Of a stretch of 64,000 nt of DNA, positions 23,030-42,579 are shown piece by piece (the stretch's first letter is position 1; each line of letters starts with the position of its first letter). The notes below the pieces were generated by a model that worked only from the letters and a program-made list of their open reading frames with translations, had not been told where the DNA came from and searched no databases. The position numbers and the translations under genes were made by a program. The DNA comes from Macrostomum lignano. Taxonomy: Eukaryota. Location: positions 248,001 to 312,000 of the forward strand of contig NIVC01001097.1 in NCBI GenBank assembly GCA_002269645.1, in the 5' to 3' direction.

Positions 23030-24271
23030 TCAAATACGCGTCTCCTTGCGCAGCAGCCGCTGCCGGCCGCTGAGGTCGCTGGACTCGCGGGACAGGTAAG
23101 TGACCACCGTCCGGCTATTGCCGCTGTCCGACCGGCCCACCGGCACTTCGCTGCCGCTGACGGTGACGCCCGCGACTCCGCTGCTGGTGCCGCCGCCGCT
23201 AGCCGTCTGGCTGCCGCTGCGGTCGAGTCGGTCGCGAAGCCGCTTCATGCGCTCGACGCGGCAGGCCAGGAGGGCGGCGGCCGCCCGGCGGAAGTTCTGG
23301 CCGGTGAAGCAGTACAGCAGGAAGTTGCAGCCGAAGTTGCAGGTGAACATGGCGAAGGCAAGCAGCCACAGGTTGGCCAGCACGCCGCCTTTGTGCTCCG
23401 TGGAGTCGATTATCTCGTGATAGGAGTGGATGGCGCTCATGACGGTGATGGGCAGGGTGAACAGCAGGAAGGCCACCGACACAGCCAGCAGGCGGACGGT
23501 GATGCTCATCTCTTGGCGCTCCTGCCTGTTCGACAGGCCCCCGGACGTGGCGCGGCGGTTTCGGCGCCGGAGCACAGCCACCAGCAGGCCGTTGGCGATG
23601 CAGATGATGATCCAGGGCACCACGGACAGCACGGCTTTGCCGGCCAGGCGCCCGATGATGAAAAAATCGTTTGGCACGCACCTGTGCTGCTTGCCGACCT
23701 GCTTGCGCTCGAAGCCGATGATCACGTAGATGTTGAGCAGGCTGGAGACCAGCACCAGCGCCACCACCGCCTTGACGCCGTTGCGCACCGTGCAGAGCCG
23801 CGTGCCCCACTTAAGCGGGCTCAGCACGGAGATGCACCGCTCGATGGAGAGCACCACCACCAGCCACACGGAGACCATGCGGCACAGGAATGACAGGTAC
23901 ACTCTGAACTGCGTGAACCAGCAGATGCCGGTGGCAACCCGGACCCAGTTGTCCGCGGTGAACTGCCCAATCACATAGTAATAGCCCTGCATGATAACTC
24001 CCAGCCAGATTGACATCATGATTGACACCAGGGTGACGGAGTCGGCCACTGCCAGGCAGCACAGGTAGAAATGGCTGGAGACGCGGCTGGCCGACTCCTT
24101 GAGCAGGATGAAGGCCAGGCTGTTTCCAATGATGCCCAGGCCGCACACTATGGGAATGAAGACTGCACAGAAGGTCTGCATGCCAACATTGCCGACTGGC
24201 ACGCTGATGAAGATGGGTGGCGCTGTGGCATTGCCGCCACTGCCGTTTCTACTGTTGGCCAGCTGGTTCAT
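23030..24271 (-). CDS. Rhodopsin-family (class A) peptide GPCR, FMRFamide/myosuppressin-receptor-like, intronless CDS
   Basis: GN in TM1 (GIIGN), YLCCLAVAD, ERC at the DRY position followed by SPL, W in TM4, TLP in TM6, NFLLY in TM7; N-glycosylation sites in the N-terminus. ATG at 24271 follows a CTTGCAG acceptor. Confidence 0.92.
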   Translation of the reverse strand: MNQLANSRNGSGGNATAPPIFISVPVGNVGMQTFCAVFIPIVCGLGIIGNSLAFILLKESASRVSSHFYLCCLAVADSVTLVSIMMSIWLGVIMQGYYYVIGQFTADNWVRVATGICWFTQFRVYLSFLCRMVSVWLVVVLSIERCISVLSPLKWGTRLCTVRNGVKAVVALVLVSSLLNIYVIIGFERKQVGKQHRCVPNDFFIIGRLAGKAVLSVVPWIIICIANGLLVAVLRRRNRRATSGGLSNRQERQEMSITVRLLAVSVAFLLFTLPITVMSAIHSYHEIIDSTEHKGGVLANLWLLAFAMFTCNFGCNFLLYCFTGQNFRRAAAALLACRVERMKRLRDRLDRSGSQTASGGGTSSGVAGVTVSGSEVPVGRSDSGNSRTVVTYLSRESSDLSGRQRLLRKETRI

Positions 24272-25688
24272 CTTGTGCAGCAAGAGTCCGCTGGCGCGAT
24301 TCTCTGCAAGATGGGCAGGTATCTGTCAGTCTGCCCCCGCCTTATTGGCTACACGTTTTTTAGAAACTTAAATGTGAAAGATAGTTTAACAATTGAGAAA
24401 TTCTAGCCATTTTTCCACTAATATTGCAGCTATTGAGGTAGAAAGTTGGAACTAAGATAGACTTAGCATCTAAGATGAACTAATTAAAATAATAAACATT
24501 GAAATAGAATTAGACAAAGGATAATTGAAAAAGTCACCTAGCTAATAATCCAAATATACTAAATATCTTATTATACTTTTTTTCTTCTCTTGGTGAATTT
24601 TAGTGTTAGCCTAGCATATTGTTTAAATTTCTATCTTTATAGTTAGTTCCTTAATTTTCAATATTGGTATTTATAATCTTCAACATAGTGTCTTAACTAG
24701 AGACTTTTTTGATTAATCTCAGTCTGTCTTGTTTCTGTCTAGCCTCGAAATTATATTGAATATACTTAGTCTTTACCAAAATAGTAATTGCCAAAATGGT
24801 CAATCCTTAAAATGGTTGTCAGTAAATTTGATTATCACTAAAATGGACTACATTCTTAAGAAATAAATTACTTATTGCAGCCAAGAAAACTAGCTTTGTA
24901 TAAAATACTAGCTTTGTATACTTAGCTAGTACACAAAGGCTTAAATATCTATAATAAAGAAAGAAAAGATTTTATATATGACTGGCATTCTTTTCTATTT
25001 TGTTTAGTATTTTTAAAATCTAGTGTAGCTTGACCCTTGGCCACAACAAGTCAAACAGGTTTTCTGCTAGCATTAGGAATAAGATATAAATTCATATCTA
25101 AGCTCCAATTCCAAGATATTAAATAGTATTACTATTATAGATTTAGTATATTTAGATTGCATAAAAACCTAAAAAAACTTAGCTTTGTTTTTTTGCTAGT
25201 GCTAGGCTTCTAAAAAGGTCTAATCTCAATATACAATTTGGAAAAATAAAATGTTATAGCATCCCTACTGTATAAAATGTTAGGGTCATTTTGGTAAAAG
25301 ATGTTTTGGCAAAAAGCTTTAGCAAATATTTATAGATGTTTTTGTTATGATCTTTGACTCAATTTCATTTACCTTTGACTATAATTTTAATAGTAGTTGA
25401 AACTTAAATATTCTAGCAATAATTTATTTTTTGTTTAGTAAACAATGATATTATAAAATAGGTTAGACTGTTTATTTTATAAATAATACTATACTATATA
25501 TAGTTAGAAAATTATTATAACTAATATAATATAGTGAAAAGTGAAAAATCCTAAGAAGTAAAAAGTGAAAAGCACTAAAAATACAAAATGACACAAAGAC
25601 TAGCCTTTAATTTAAGATAGGTGATACTAAAATTTATATATAAAAACTGGTAGCTAAAAATAAAATGATTCATTTCATTGGGTAATGA

Positions 25689-25948
25689 CTAGAGTTCCAA
25701 CACTGGAACCCATTTTATAATGGCTATGGATCTAGCAGTCTTCTATAGGCAGTTATCTACTAATGAAGTCTTTGAACATGTTTTGAATCTATCATTTTGT
25801 TGTGATCTTATCCTGAATAAAATCTTAATATTAACCACCTATTAAAAAGCAAAATGTTTCTGCTATATTATACCCATCAATTGCAGTATTAGAATACTAC
25901 TACCAAATCCATAGCCATTAAATAATGGGTTCCAATACCAAAACTCTA
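25689..25948. mobile_element. MITE-like element with ~45-bp imperfect terminal inverted repeats
   Basis: CTAGAGTT...TGGAACCCATT...TAATGGCTATGGAT versus its reverse complement at 25905-25948. No TSD resolved. Confidence 0.65.
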
Positions 25949-26158
25949 GCCATTGTCATTTCATTGCACGTGATTTTCCATTTGATTATTTAGTGTTTAA
26001 TAAGTAGTCATATTCATAGTCATGGTTATAAGAATATATGTTCCTATAGCTACTTGCAATAGCCTTTAGGTACCCTTTTTACAATTGTTACAATATTAAT
26101 ATATTTCTATTATACATTCTACTATTCCAAAAAAGTGGTAGAATGTAAAAACTATGAG

Positions 26159-29100
26159 TAGGGATTGCAATCTCGGGATCCCAAAATCCAAATCCCAGAA
26201 TTTCCAGTCCAGGGATTTGAAGTCCCAAATCCCGAGACTAATTTAGTTATTATTTTTACAAAAAGTGTTATAATATAAACATTTTTGGGCTTACAAGTTC
26301 ATTATACTATACTGTGCTAATTTCTGTTAATTGCCTCACATTGTATGGCACCTTTTTAAACCCCCGCATCATAGATTAAAATGTGAAATATATTTCAATG
26401 TAAATTTTGAAATATGATTTGCTTCTTTACTACTAATTAGTACTTTTATACTATTTACTTAAATGTCACAAGATCATGCTGTTTTTTGATCTAAAAAAAG
26501 ATCATTATCTCTACAACCATAGTTGCCAAAGGAAAATAAAAGAATATTAGCGCAGCACTGAAGATTTAGTGCAGCATAAAATAATTAGTTTCAATTCAAG
26601 TTAAATAAATAACCATTAAAAAGTAGATTAATTAATAAAATTAAATCAAGTTTTAGGAAACTGAAAAGCTACATTAACCTGTTTATTTGAGAAAAAACAA
26701 TAATAAATAAAACTTATTTCTGTTACTGACAATTGGATAGATTGCACTTGCATAGCAAGTACATATACATATAGCTCAAGCACATACATATAGCTCAAAT
26801 ACATACATATAGCTCAAACACATACTTGTACACATGTATATGAATAACTTTTTACGAGTAGCTCCTAGACGAGAAATAGCTGATGGATATTTGATAACTT
26901 TAGGGAAAGGGTTAAATTACTAAAGATAGTTATAAATTGAAGTGAGCAGTGACATTTTGCTAGCTTGACTTTTATATCAACTGAGCTGCCCTAAGAACTT
27001 AACTGAGCTGAGTTAGAACTTAGTTTGAATTTGAATTTCAAACAACTGTTGTGTGTTGTGTGTGCCTTTTGGCTCTGTCTTTCTAAACTCCTAACTATTG
27101 ATGCTAGTGTTAATTAAATATCCTACGAGCTGCCACCAAAGTTGTACAGGTGTTGTTCCTGTCTGCCAATTAAAGTCTATCCTAATTGCACTTCTATTTT
27201 GACTCCTTAACTGTTTCTTAGAATTTCATTTGAATATACTGGTAGCATTTTATGTATTAGTCTGGTAGCGTCTTATGTATTAGTCTGGTAGCGTCTTATG
27301 TATTAGTCTGGTAGCATCTTATGTATTAGTCTGGTAGCATCTTATGTATTAGTCTGGTAGCGTCTTATGTATTAGTCTGGTAGCATCTTATGTATTAGTC
27401 TGGTAGCGTCTTATGTATTAGTCTGGTAGCATCTTATGTATTAGTCTGGTAGCATCTTATGTATGGCCTGAGCAGTCAAGTACTGGCACATGAACTTATC
27501 AGATTGTCCTAGTCGGGCATTTACCGGGATTAGAGGGTCACAGCACAACTCTCTGAATTTCCTTTGTATATCTCTCAATCCCTTCTCTTAGCAATTTTCT
27601 GAGCACTGTTGCTCCCTCTTTCCTTAAAATAACTAACTCAATAAGATTTCAAAGTTTATCTGAGAATATAGAATGAACCGATGTTATAGCGCACAAATAT
27701 TTCAAGAGCAAGAAAAGGTTATTTTTATTTGGGCAAAATTCACTCATATATATAGGATTCAGAAAGGCTAAGTTATAACAAAAATTATTTACCATTTATA
27801 ATTTGCTATTTAAAACAAAGTAGAATAGTGTTTCTTAGTTTTCGCGCTAATTCAATTTTACTGTAGTTTAAGCAATTTTTGCATGTATAATAGGATCAGC
27901 AAAGTTACAATGATCTATTAACAAACATTCTATTATAAGCACTAGCAAATGAATTATTAGTTCGTACAATTATTAGAGGGTCCAACAGCAGTGGCACATT
28001 CAATTTGCGCAATTTTGCTACCACCCCTAGGGGTTCTAGTCATTTTCTCATCTAGGTGTCTGGGGTGCTCACCTTGACTATGGTCACTTCGTCATCTTAA
28101 TTAGCATGCATTATCTGTAAAGAGTCATTTTGTCATCTACCAATCATATTAGTTCTAACTTCAAGTGAATTAATGTGGCAATCAAACATATTTACTTGGA
28201 ATCCTAATGATCCCAGTCATTTTGTCATCTTGATTGATAAAACCTGTCAATCAATTGGTTCTGCTTGCTGTAGCTTATAGTTAATAAACAAAAAATAGTT
28301 TACACTAACTTAACTCCCACACAGATTGATTGGTTGATGACGAAGTATCTAGCATAACTAAATATTTGGTCACTTTGTCATATTATTTTTCAAGCTACTT
28401 TGCTTCTAGTCACTTTGTCATCCGATATGGCAAAATGGAATATGACAATCTGACTAATGACTCTCTTAGGCTGACTGGACATGCTCTGTCACAAGCCATT
28501 TTTGTAATGCAGCTTCCACCTTTGATGTAGCTGCCAGAATTTCTTGCACCTTCCTTCACATCTCTTTAACAGTCTGCTACTGTGTCACTAAATCCTCCTC
28601 TTGCTGCTGTTGTTCTTCTTGTGCCTTTCTTTGAATCTTGTCATCAGTCTGCTGCTGTATCACTAAATCCTCCTCCTGCTGCTATTGTTCTAATTGAGCG
28701 CAATCAGCTGCTTTACTTTAGTCTTTAAAAGCTGCTGGCAATTAGGTTTATTTGGTTCAATTGTGACTGTATGTGGTGGCCAAATTTGCCTTACACCAAG
28801 TCTTAATAGTGAGCAGAGAGTTGAGCATTAACTCAGAAAGCTTGTTCCACTGCTTTGTTAAGTTGTTGGATATTCACTTTAAAAACCAAAACTTCTCAGG
28901 ATTTGACCTTTTGAGCTCCAAGTTTGAGGCACAGAACCTGGTGACTTCAAGATGCAGCTCATTAGGCTCATCAACTGTGATGATGGTGCTTATAGATTTG
29001 GCAACCATTGACACAGTTCATAGACACAGCCAAAGTTAAAGTCCTCTCTGAGTAAGTAGGCCTAGTCAGGGCTAACAAAGCAAAGAGCTTGGAGGATATG

Positions 29101-29690
29101 TTCTGCAGCAGCAGATATGATCTGCCTTTGCACTAACTAACAATACAAATTGCAAATGCTTTTGTAAAATCAATTGTAGCAATCAATTGGCAATAGTCTG
29201 TCAACAGTCTCATAGGTCTTGCTACCAATCATTAGACTTACATTATCCAACTGATTAGAGCATTCCTTGGCATAATTAGCAAGGTCTGACAGACAGTTGG
29301 TCTCATTAACAATGTCTTCTTGGACAAAGCATGTCAGGATGCAGCCACAAAGGTTGTCCAATGACAATGAAACACGGTTGACTTAGTCTATTTAACTATA
29401 AAACTCATTTAGTATAGAATTGACAGCATTTTAAAGATAATAGTGCAGTAGTGCAGCTGAAACAAAATAGTACAGTAGTGCTAAAATAGTGCAGGTGTGG
29501 CAACTATGTCCATAACAATAAAAAATGGAAGCAAAAATATGTTTAATGCATATTTTGCCTTCAAATTTCAATCAAGAAGCTTAAGAATCTGTATTTTTCT
29601 GATTTTCTGATTCAATCCTGGGATTGGCCAAATTCTGAGATTGAATCCCAGGATCCCAGGATTGCAAAAAATGGGATTTTGCAATCCCTA
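26159..29690. mobile_element. hAT-superfamily DNA transposon, non-autonomous/degenerate, 3532 bp
   Basis: TIR TAGGGATTGCAA / TTGCAATCCCTA; 8-bp TSD ACTATGAG at 26151-26158 and 29691-29698; subterminal GGGAT/ATCCC repeats; stop-riddled coding-like fragments on the minus strand at ~28770-29370. Confidence 0.9.
27239..27463. repeat. 23-bp minisatellite, ~9 copies, inside the hAT element
   Basis: Unit GTAGC(G/A)TCTTATGTATTAGTCTG. Confidence 0.93.
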
Positions 29691-31912
29691 ACTATGAGTA
29701 TAATATGCTTTTGCCAAAATTAAAATTTGCTAAAATTGACTGCACCCTTAGCCTCTTACATAGGCCTAATGAACAAACATGATTAGATGAATAGTTTAAA
29801 ACTATTGCTACTTGCTTGCTTCAACAAAAAGTGAAAATTTACTATGAAGTGAAGGCGAAAACTGAAAATAAGATTTTTTAAAATGTAACAGAGCAACTCT
29901 GGAGTGAGAGGTTCATTAAGTAAGCAGAAAAAAAGAGAAATACCTAAAAATCAAAAAGGCACTACTTCAAATTCAATAAGATAATTCTTAAACTTGATGC
30001 AAAACCGTCAGTGCGACTTGATTTGACTTCAGAAAGAGTCAAGTCAAGTTACCATCAATGATTATAATTGATAATAATGTAAAAATTAATATTAATTAGT
30101 CTGAATAAAATATATTTGAAAAACGAGAGGAAGAGAAACTTGCAAGTGTATTAGCTTTAATGAAAGCCACAGAAATGAAAAAAACTTGTATCTTTTTTTT
30201 ATTTACTAATCACAAAAGAATGCACAGTTTTTTCAGCAATGTTCTTCATTATTTTTCTTAATATGGATGATGGCGGTAATGAATACATACCGTCAAGAGA
30301 CGAATCTGGACTCGACAAAACACGAGCCGAATTTTTCGGCTAAAATAGCAAAAGCACATGGATGCGTACGCAGACGAAAAGACTGCTGTATAACACAGCG
30401 CTATGGAACACTGTTGTTGATATGGATTTTAACTATGAACTTTTGCGCATGTGATTGAACTATCTACGAGCGTATGGTCAAATTCTCGAAGACCCAGACA
30501 GTTACTAAAGAGCTGGGCGCACGAGGGAAAATGAAATTAACTAACGAACGAGCGGAGCGAGAAAAGGTCTCCTACGATAACGAATTATTTCCGCTCCTTT
30601 TTATTAACACAAATATACGATTAGACGGAATTCGAACAGTCTTACGAATACACATCAGTCCTTTGCGCAAACACTCACGCAGGCTTGTACAACGTCCTGA
30701 CTTCTCTCTCAACGTCGGAATGTATACCACCAAAGGTTTAATGCGTCTCATTCTAAAGAGACCTCTCGTGCACCCGTGCACTTTTGAGGCAAGGCGCATT
30801 GTGGCTCAGAGCTATTTTGAGTTCACCCTTATCGAAAAACATGAAAGTGCATGATCGACGATCGAGTCTGAAGTTGAAAAATCTGACTAAAATTTTGTGA
30901 TAATTTAGTTTTTGCCCAGTCAACTCCAGTTTCAAATTTTGCTCCAGTGATGCCCTTGACCAGAGCGACACATTATTCAGGTTCAAAAGATATGCAGAAA
31001 ATATCAGATCGGGTAATTTTCGGACTGCAATCTCTGTTTCAGCCAATCAGAATCGGGTTTGTGTGCCTGATTCGCATCGGGGTAAAATCGGATCAATAAA
31101 TAATTCATAATGCGCTATAATTTATATCTTTTTTGACTATCTAGTCTAACTTTAGTGAAACTGTGACATTGTGGTGTTATGCTAGTGTGTTTCAGTGCAT
31201 GTGCACTGCGCCGGGTTGTTTGTTTGCGTTTCACGCGTGGCTAGCATGGTGGGGTCTGTGCAGTCAGGCCAACCACCCTTCCTTTAGTCCTAGGGTAAAT
31301 AAAAATGTCTTATAAAGAGCCCAGATTTATGATCTGGCTCTCTACGTTTTTCTACGCACTCAACTCAATTACAAGCCTTTAGCTTCAATTTATTACAGAA
31401 ACAAAACGAGTTACGTGCTCCCCCACAGATGTACAATTCAAGCAGTTGCGGCTTATAAGAGCGCATAAGCCGGAAACTTATAAATGGAGAATAAAAGAGA
31501 CACAAGCCCATCAACACGAAAACGAGTCCCGATCGACAGCCTGTTTCTCGGATTCAATCTGGTGCATCTGAACTTAAACTGTCCACTAGTTTTGGCTCCG
31601 CCGGTTGCAACAGGTAAAACGTCAACAACGCCTGATCAAATGACGGATTACCCATATAGTAGCACGATTCAGCCGTGCATATTGAACGCTAAAAGCGTGC
31701 TTAATCTTCACTGGAAGGGGCAGCGTCTCTACCATTGATAACGAAATGCAGGCGCATAAATCTCTTGGATGTGCAGCTTGATAGATTTATTTCCAAAATG
31801 TTGATGCGAGTACACACAAGTAGTTACCGAATGCGCGGTGAAAGCCTATCTAAGAACTAAATAATACCAAACCGCACTCTGTTCGTGGCTGTTCTGTTCC
31901 ATTGCTCAATCG

Positions 31913-33342
31913 TCAGGCTGGGTGGTCCAGGATGAGATCGGCGCACTGCGAGTTCTTGTTCCCGCAGAGCACGGAGAACTCCACGTTGCTCCAGATGCTG
32001 CTGTTGCTGCTGGTGTTTCGCAGGAAGACCCGCCGGCCGTCGGGACTGACGGAGCGGACATTGCAGCCGATGGTGCGCAGCGCAGGCGCTGGCAGGTTCA
32101 GCAGGCACTGCACGTCCAGCCGAATCTCGCGGCCCTGCATCTCCTCGCCTGGCCGGCGGGTCAGGCCGCCGCCGTACACATTCAGTGTGCCGCAGTGCTG
32201 GTAGCGCCGGCTCAGGCAGGGGAAAATCAGAGTGACCAGGCCCACAGTTGGATTCTCCAGGTAGCGAAACGAGCCTCGGATGATGAACTGGACGCTGGAC
32301 CGAATGGACTGTTGACCGAAGCTGAACAGCAGCGTTTCCGCCATCTCCACTTGCGGACAGCCGACCCGGAATATTGACGTGTCTCCTGCGAGATGAGTTG
32401 GGAGCAGGAGGCACTGCATAAAAGTCCCGCATAGGTGTGGGGAGCAGGAGGCACTGCATAAAATTCCCGCATAGGTGTGGGGAGCAGGGGGCACTGCATA
32501 AAAGTCCCGCATAGGTGTGGGGAGCAGGAGGCACTGCATAAAAGTCCCGCATAGGTGTGGGGAGCAGGAGGCATTGCATAAAAGTCCCGCATAGATGTGG
32601 GGAGCAGTTGTGTTTTTAAGTATTACGGGACAATGAATAACTTCCAACGTGAAGTCTATCTACGCTCGTAGTATCTCAATTATACCCCCTGTGTATGCTA
32701 GCCTGCACATAGTACACAATCAGGACTCACCTATGCTAGCCTGCACATAGTACACAATCAGGACTCACCTATGCTAGCCTGCACATAGTACACAATCAGG
32801 ACTCACCTATGCTAGCCTGCACATAGTACACAATCAGGTTGGAGTTGGGCAGCCGCAGCTCCAGCTCCATGTTCTCCACAGCCGGCGTGGTCAGCCGCAG
32901 CACCATTCGGGCTTTGAAGTGGGCAACCTGCTTCTCCGCCACGGTGAATATGGCTATGGACTCGGGCACCAGCTTGGAGCCGTCCTGGCCTCGGGCTTCG
33001 CCGTTAGTGGTCCCCATTATGTGGCTCGTCAGGCCACTGGACACCACGCTGCCGATCTCTGTGGGCGCCAGCTGCTTGCTGATGGCGTTGGTGGCCCGCA
33101 TCCCGATGGCGGAAGTTTGCTTCCGGTTCCTGATTAAGCCGCAGCTCCAAGACAGAAAAGTGGCTTTGAAAAGCAATCGATGTGTATTTCTGTCTCAGCA
33201 CCAATGTGAATTTCAGAGTCCACTTTGGTGTACTTAAAAGTTCAAAGTGCAAACATACGTTTGAGACTTACTCGAGCGGTGCTTGTTGTTCTGTGGTCCA
33301 AAGTGCTTTGAGCCAAGTAATCAAAGACAACTTATTATGCAT
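31913..33342 (-). CDS. Unidentified protein, ~293 aa; exons 33342-33272, 33144-32807, 32385-31913
   Basis: Two introns (GTAAGT...TTGGAG phase 2; GTGAGT...TCGCAG phase 1) join three open frames without a stop; GC-rich codons. No family recognised; the start could be ATG 33465, 33342 or 33101. Confidence 0.6.
32399..32607. repeat. 40-bp repeat, 5 copies, intronic next to the acceptor
   Basis: GGAGCAGGAGGCACTGCATAAAAGTCCCGCATAGGTGTGG. Confidence 0.93.
32695..32838. repeat. 38-bp repeat, ~4 copies, duplicating exon end plus donor
   Basis: Minus-strand unit CCTGATTGTGTACTATGTGCAGGCTAGCATAG/GTGAGT. Confidence 0.93.
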
Positions 33343-33480
33343 TGCCAAATTACTGTGGCTATTCACGTATATTTTACTGTGCGATGTAAGAAAACGCAGG
33401 TCGCAGGTCGGATTGCTTAAATTAAAGTTAGTATTGTTGTTATGGCATCCAGCCCCCATCTGCATCCAGCCTCATCAGTC

Positions 33481-41580
<8,100 letters not shown>

Positions 41581-42579
41581 TTTCCAGGTCGCTTTTTGAA
41601 GCCCGGGGAGCCGCTGCCGGCTTTTGTAACGCAAAATGCTCCGCAGAGCTGCGGTGCCAGAGGAGAAAAACCCTGGGAGACCTCCCAGCCGCTAGGGCTT
41701 AGGGAGGAGACGCTAGATAGATCACCCGGGTTCCACTTGAATTCCCATTGGCTGTAATTGTGATCCCCTTGCAATTTTTTGCCACTTTTGTCGGCTCCTT
41801 TTCCCGATAAAACAGTGAAGTATATCTTCTTACCCCTGGGTAGAATTGGGATAATTCGTGGGCGGGTTGCAGCGTCTGCGGCTGGTTTAAACGTCGATGG
41901 GAAATTTTAGTTGAAAAAGCGCGGCAAGTTGAATTTGCCGCGCTCCGATATCACAAGCGGGACAGCTGATTGTTTGCTTATGACTCCCCTGGGTCAAGAG
42001 GGCGATTAGTAGGAGCCAATTGGATTAGCTTACCTTAGGCGGTGGGCTACCAGGCCGAAAACTGCGCGGCAGACGCGGCATTCTTCTAGAAAACAACTGA
42101 GAGCAGTTCAGAACGGCTCGATGAAAGCAGCTGGGCCTTATGCGCAGCAGCTTGTCCCATCGCTTGGGAATAATCAACGACACTGCAGCGATACAGGTTC
42201 TATAGTATTTCAGGGTTCGAAAGAAATGCTTTTTACTTGCATGCACGATTGAGTAAACGGCTGGAGTAATCATCGATGATAATGACCGACATGTGTATGT
42301 TCCGTAAGCTGCATGCTTACGCACGTGTTACTTACTTACGAACATTTTCATCATGTATATAAATAAGCTATACTCGTATACAGTTAAGTGTACATGTACG
42401 AAACTCGAGGAGAGCATTAATTTAGGTCTGCATCAAGGACTGCTAATCAAGCGTAAATTCTGCAGTCCTTGGTTAATATATATGTTACATGTTCATGCAA
42501 ATATCTACTATACAAATTGTTATAATGTATTGTTATATTATGCAGATATTATGAATTGTTCCATTTCAAGAAGTCTTAC

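Noticed and set aside
23100-24406. Overlapping and antisense ORFs on the GPCR
   Set aside because: Shadow frames expected from high GC3.
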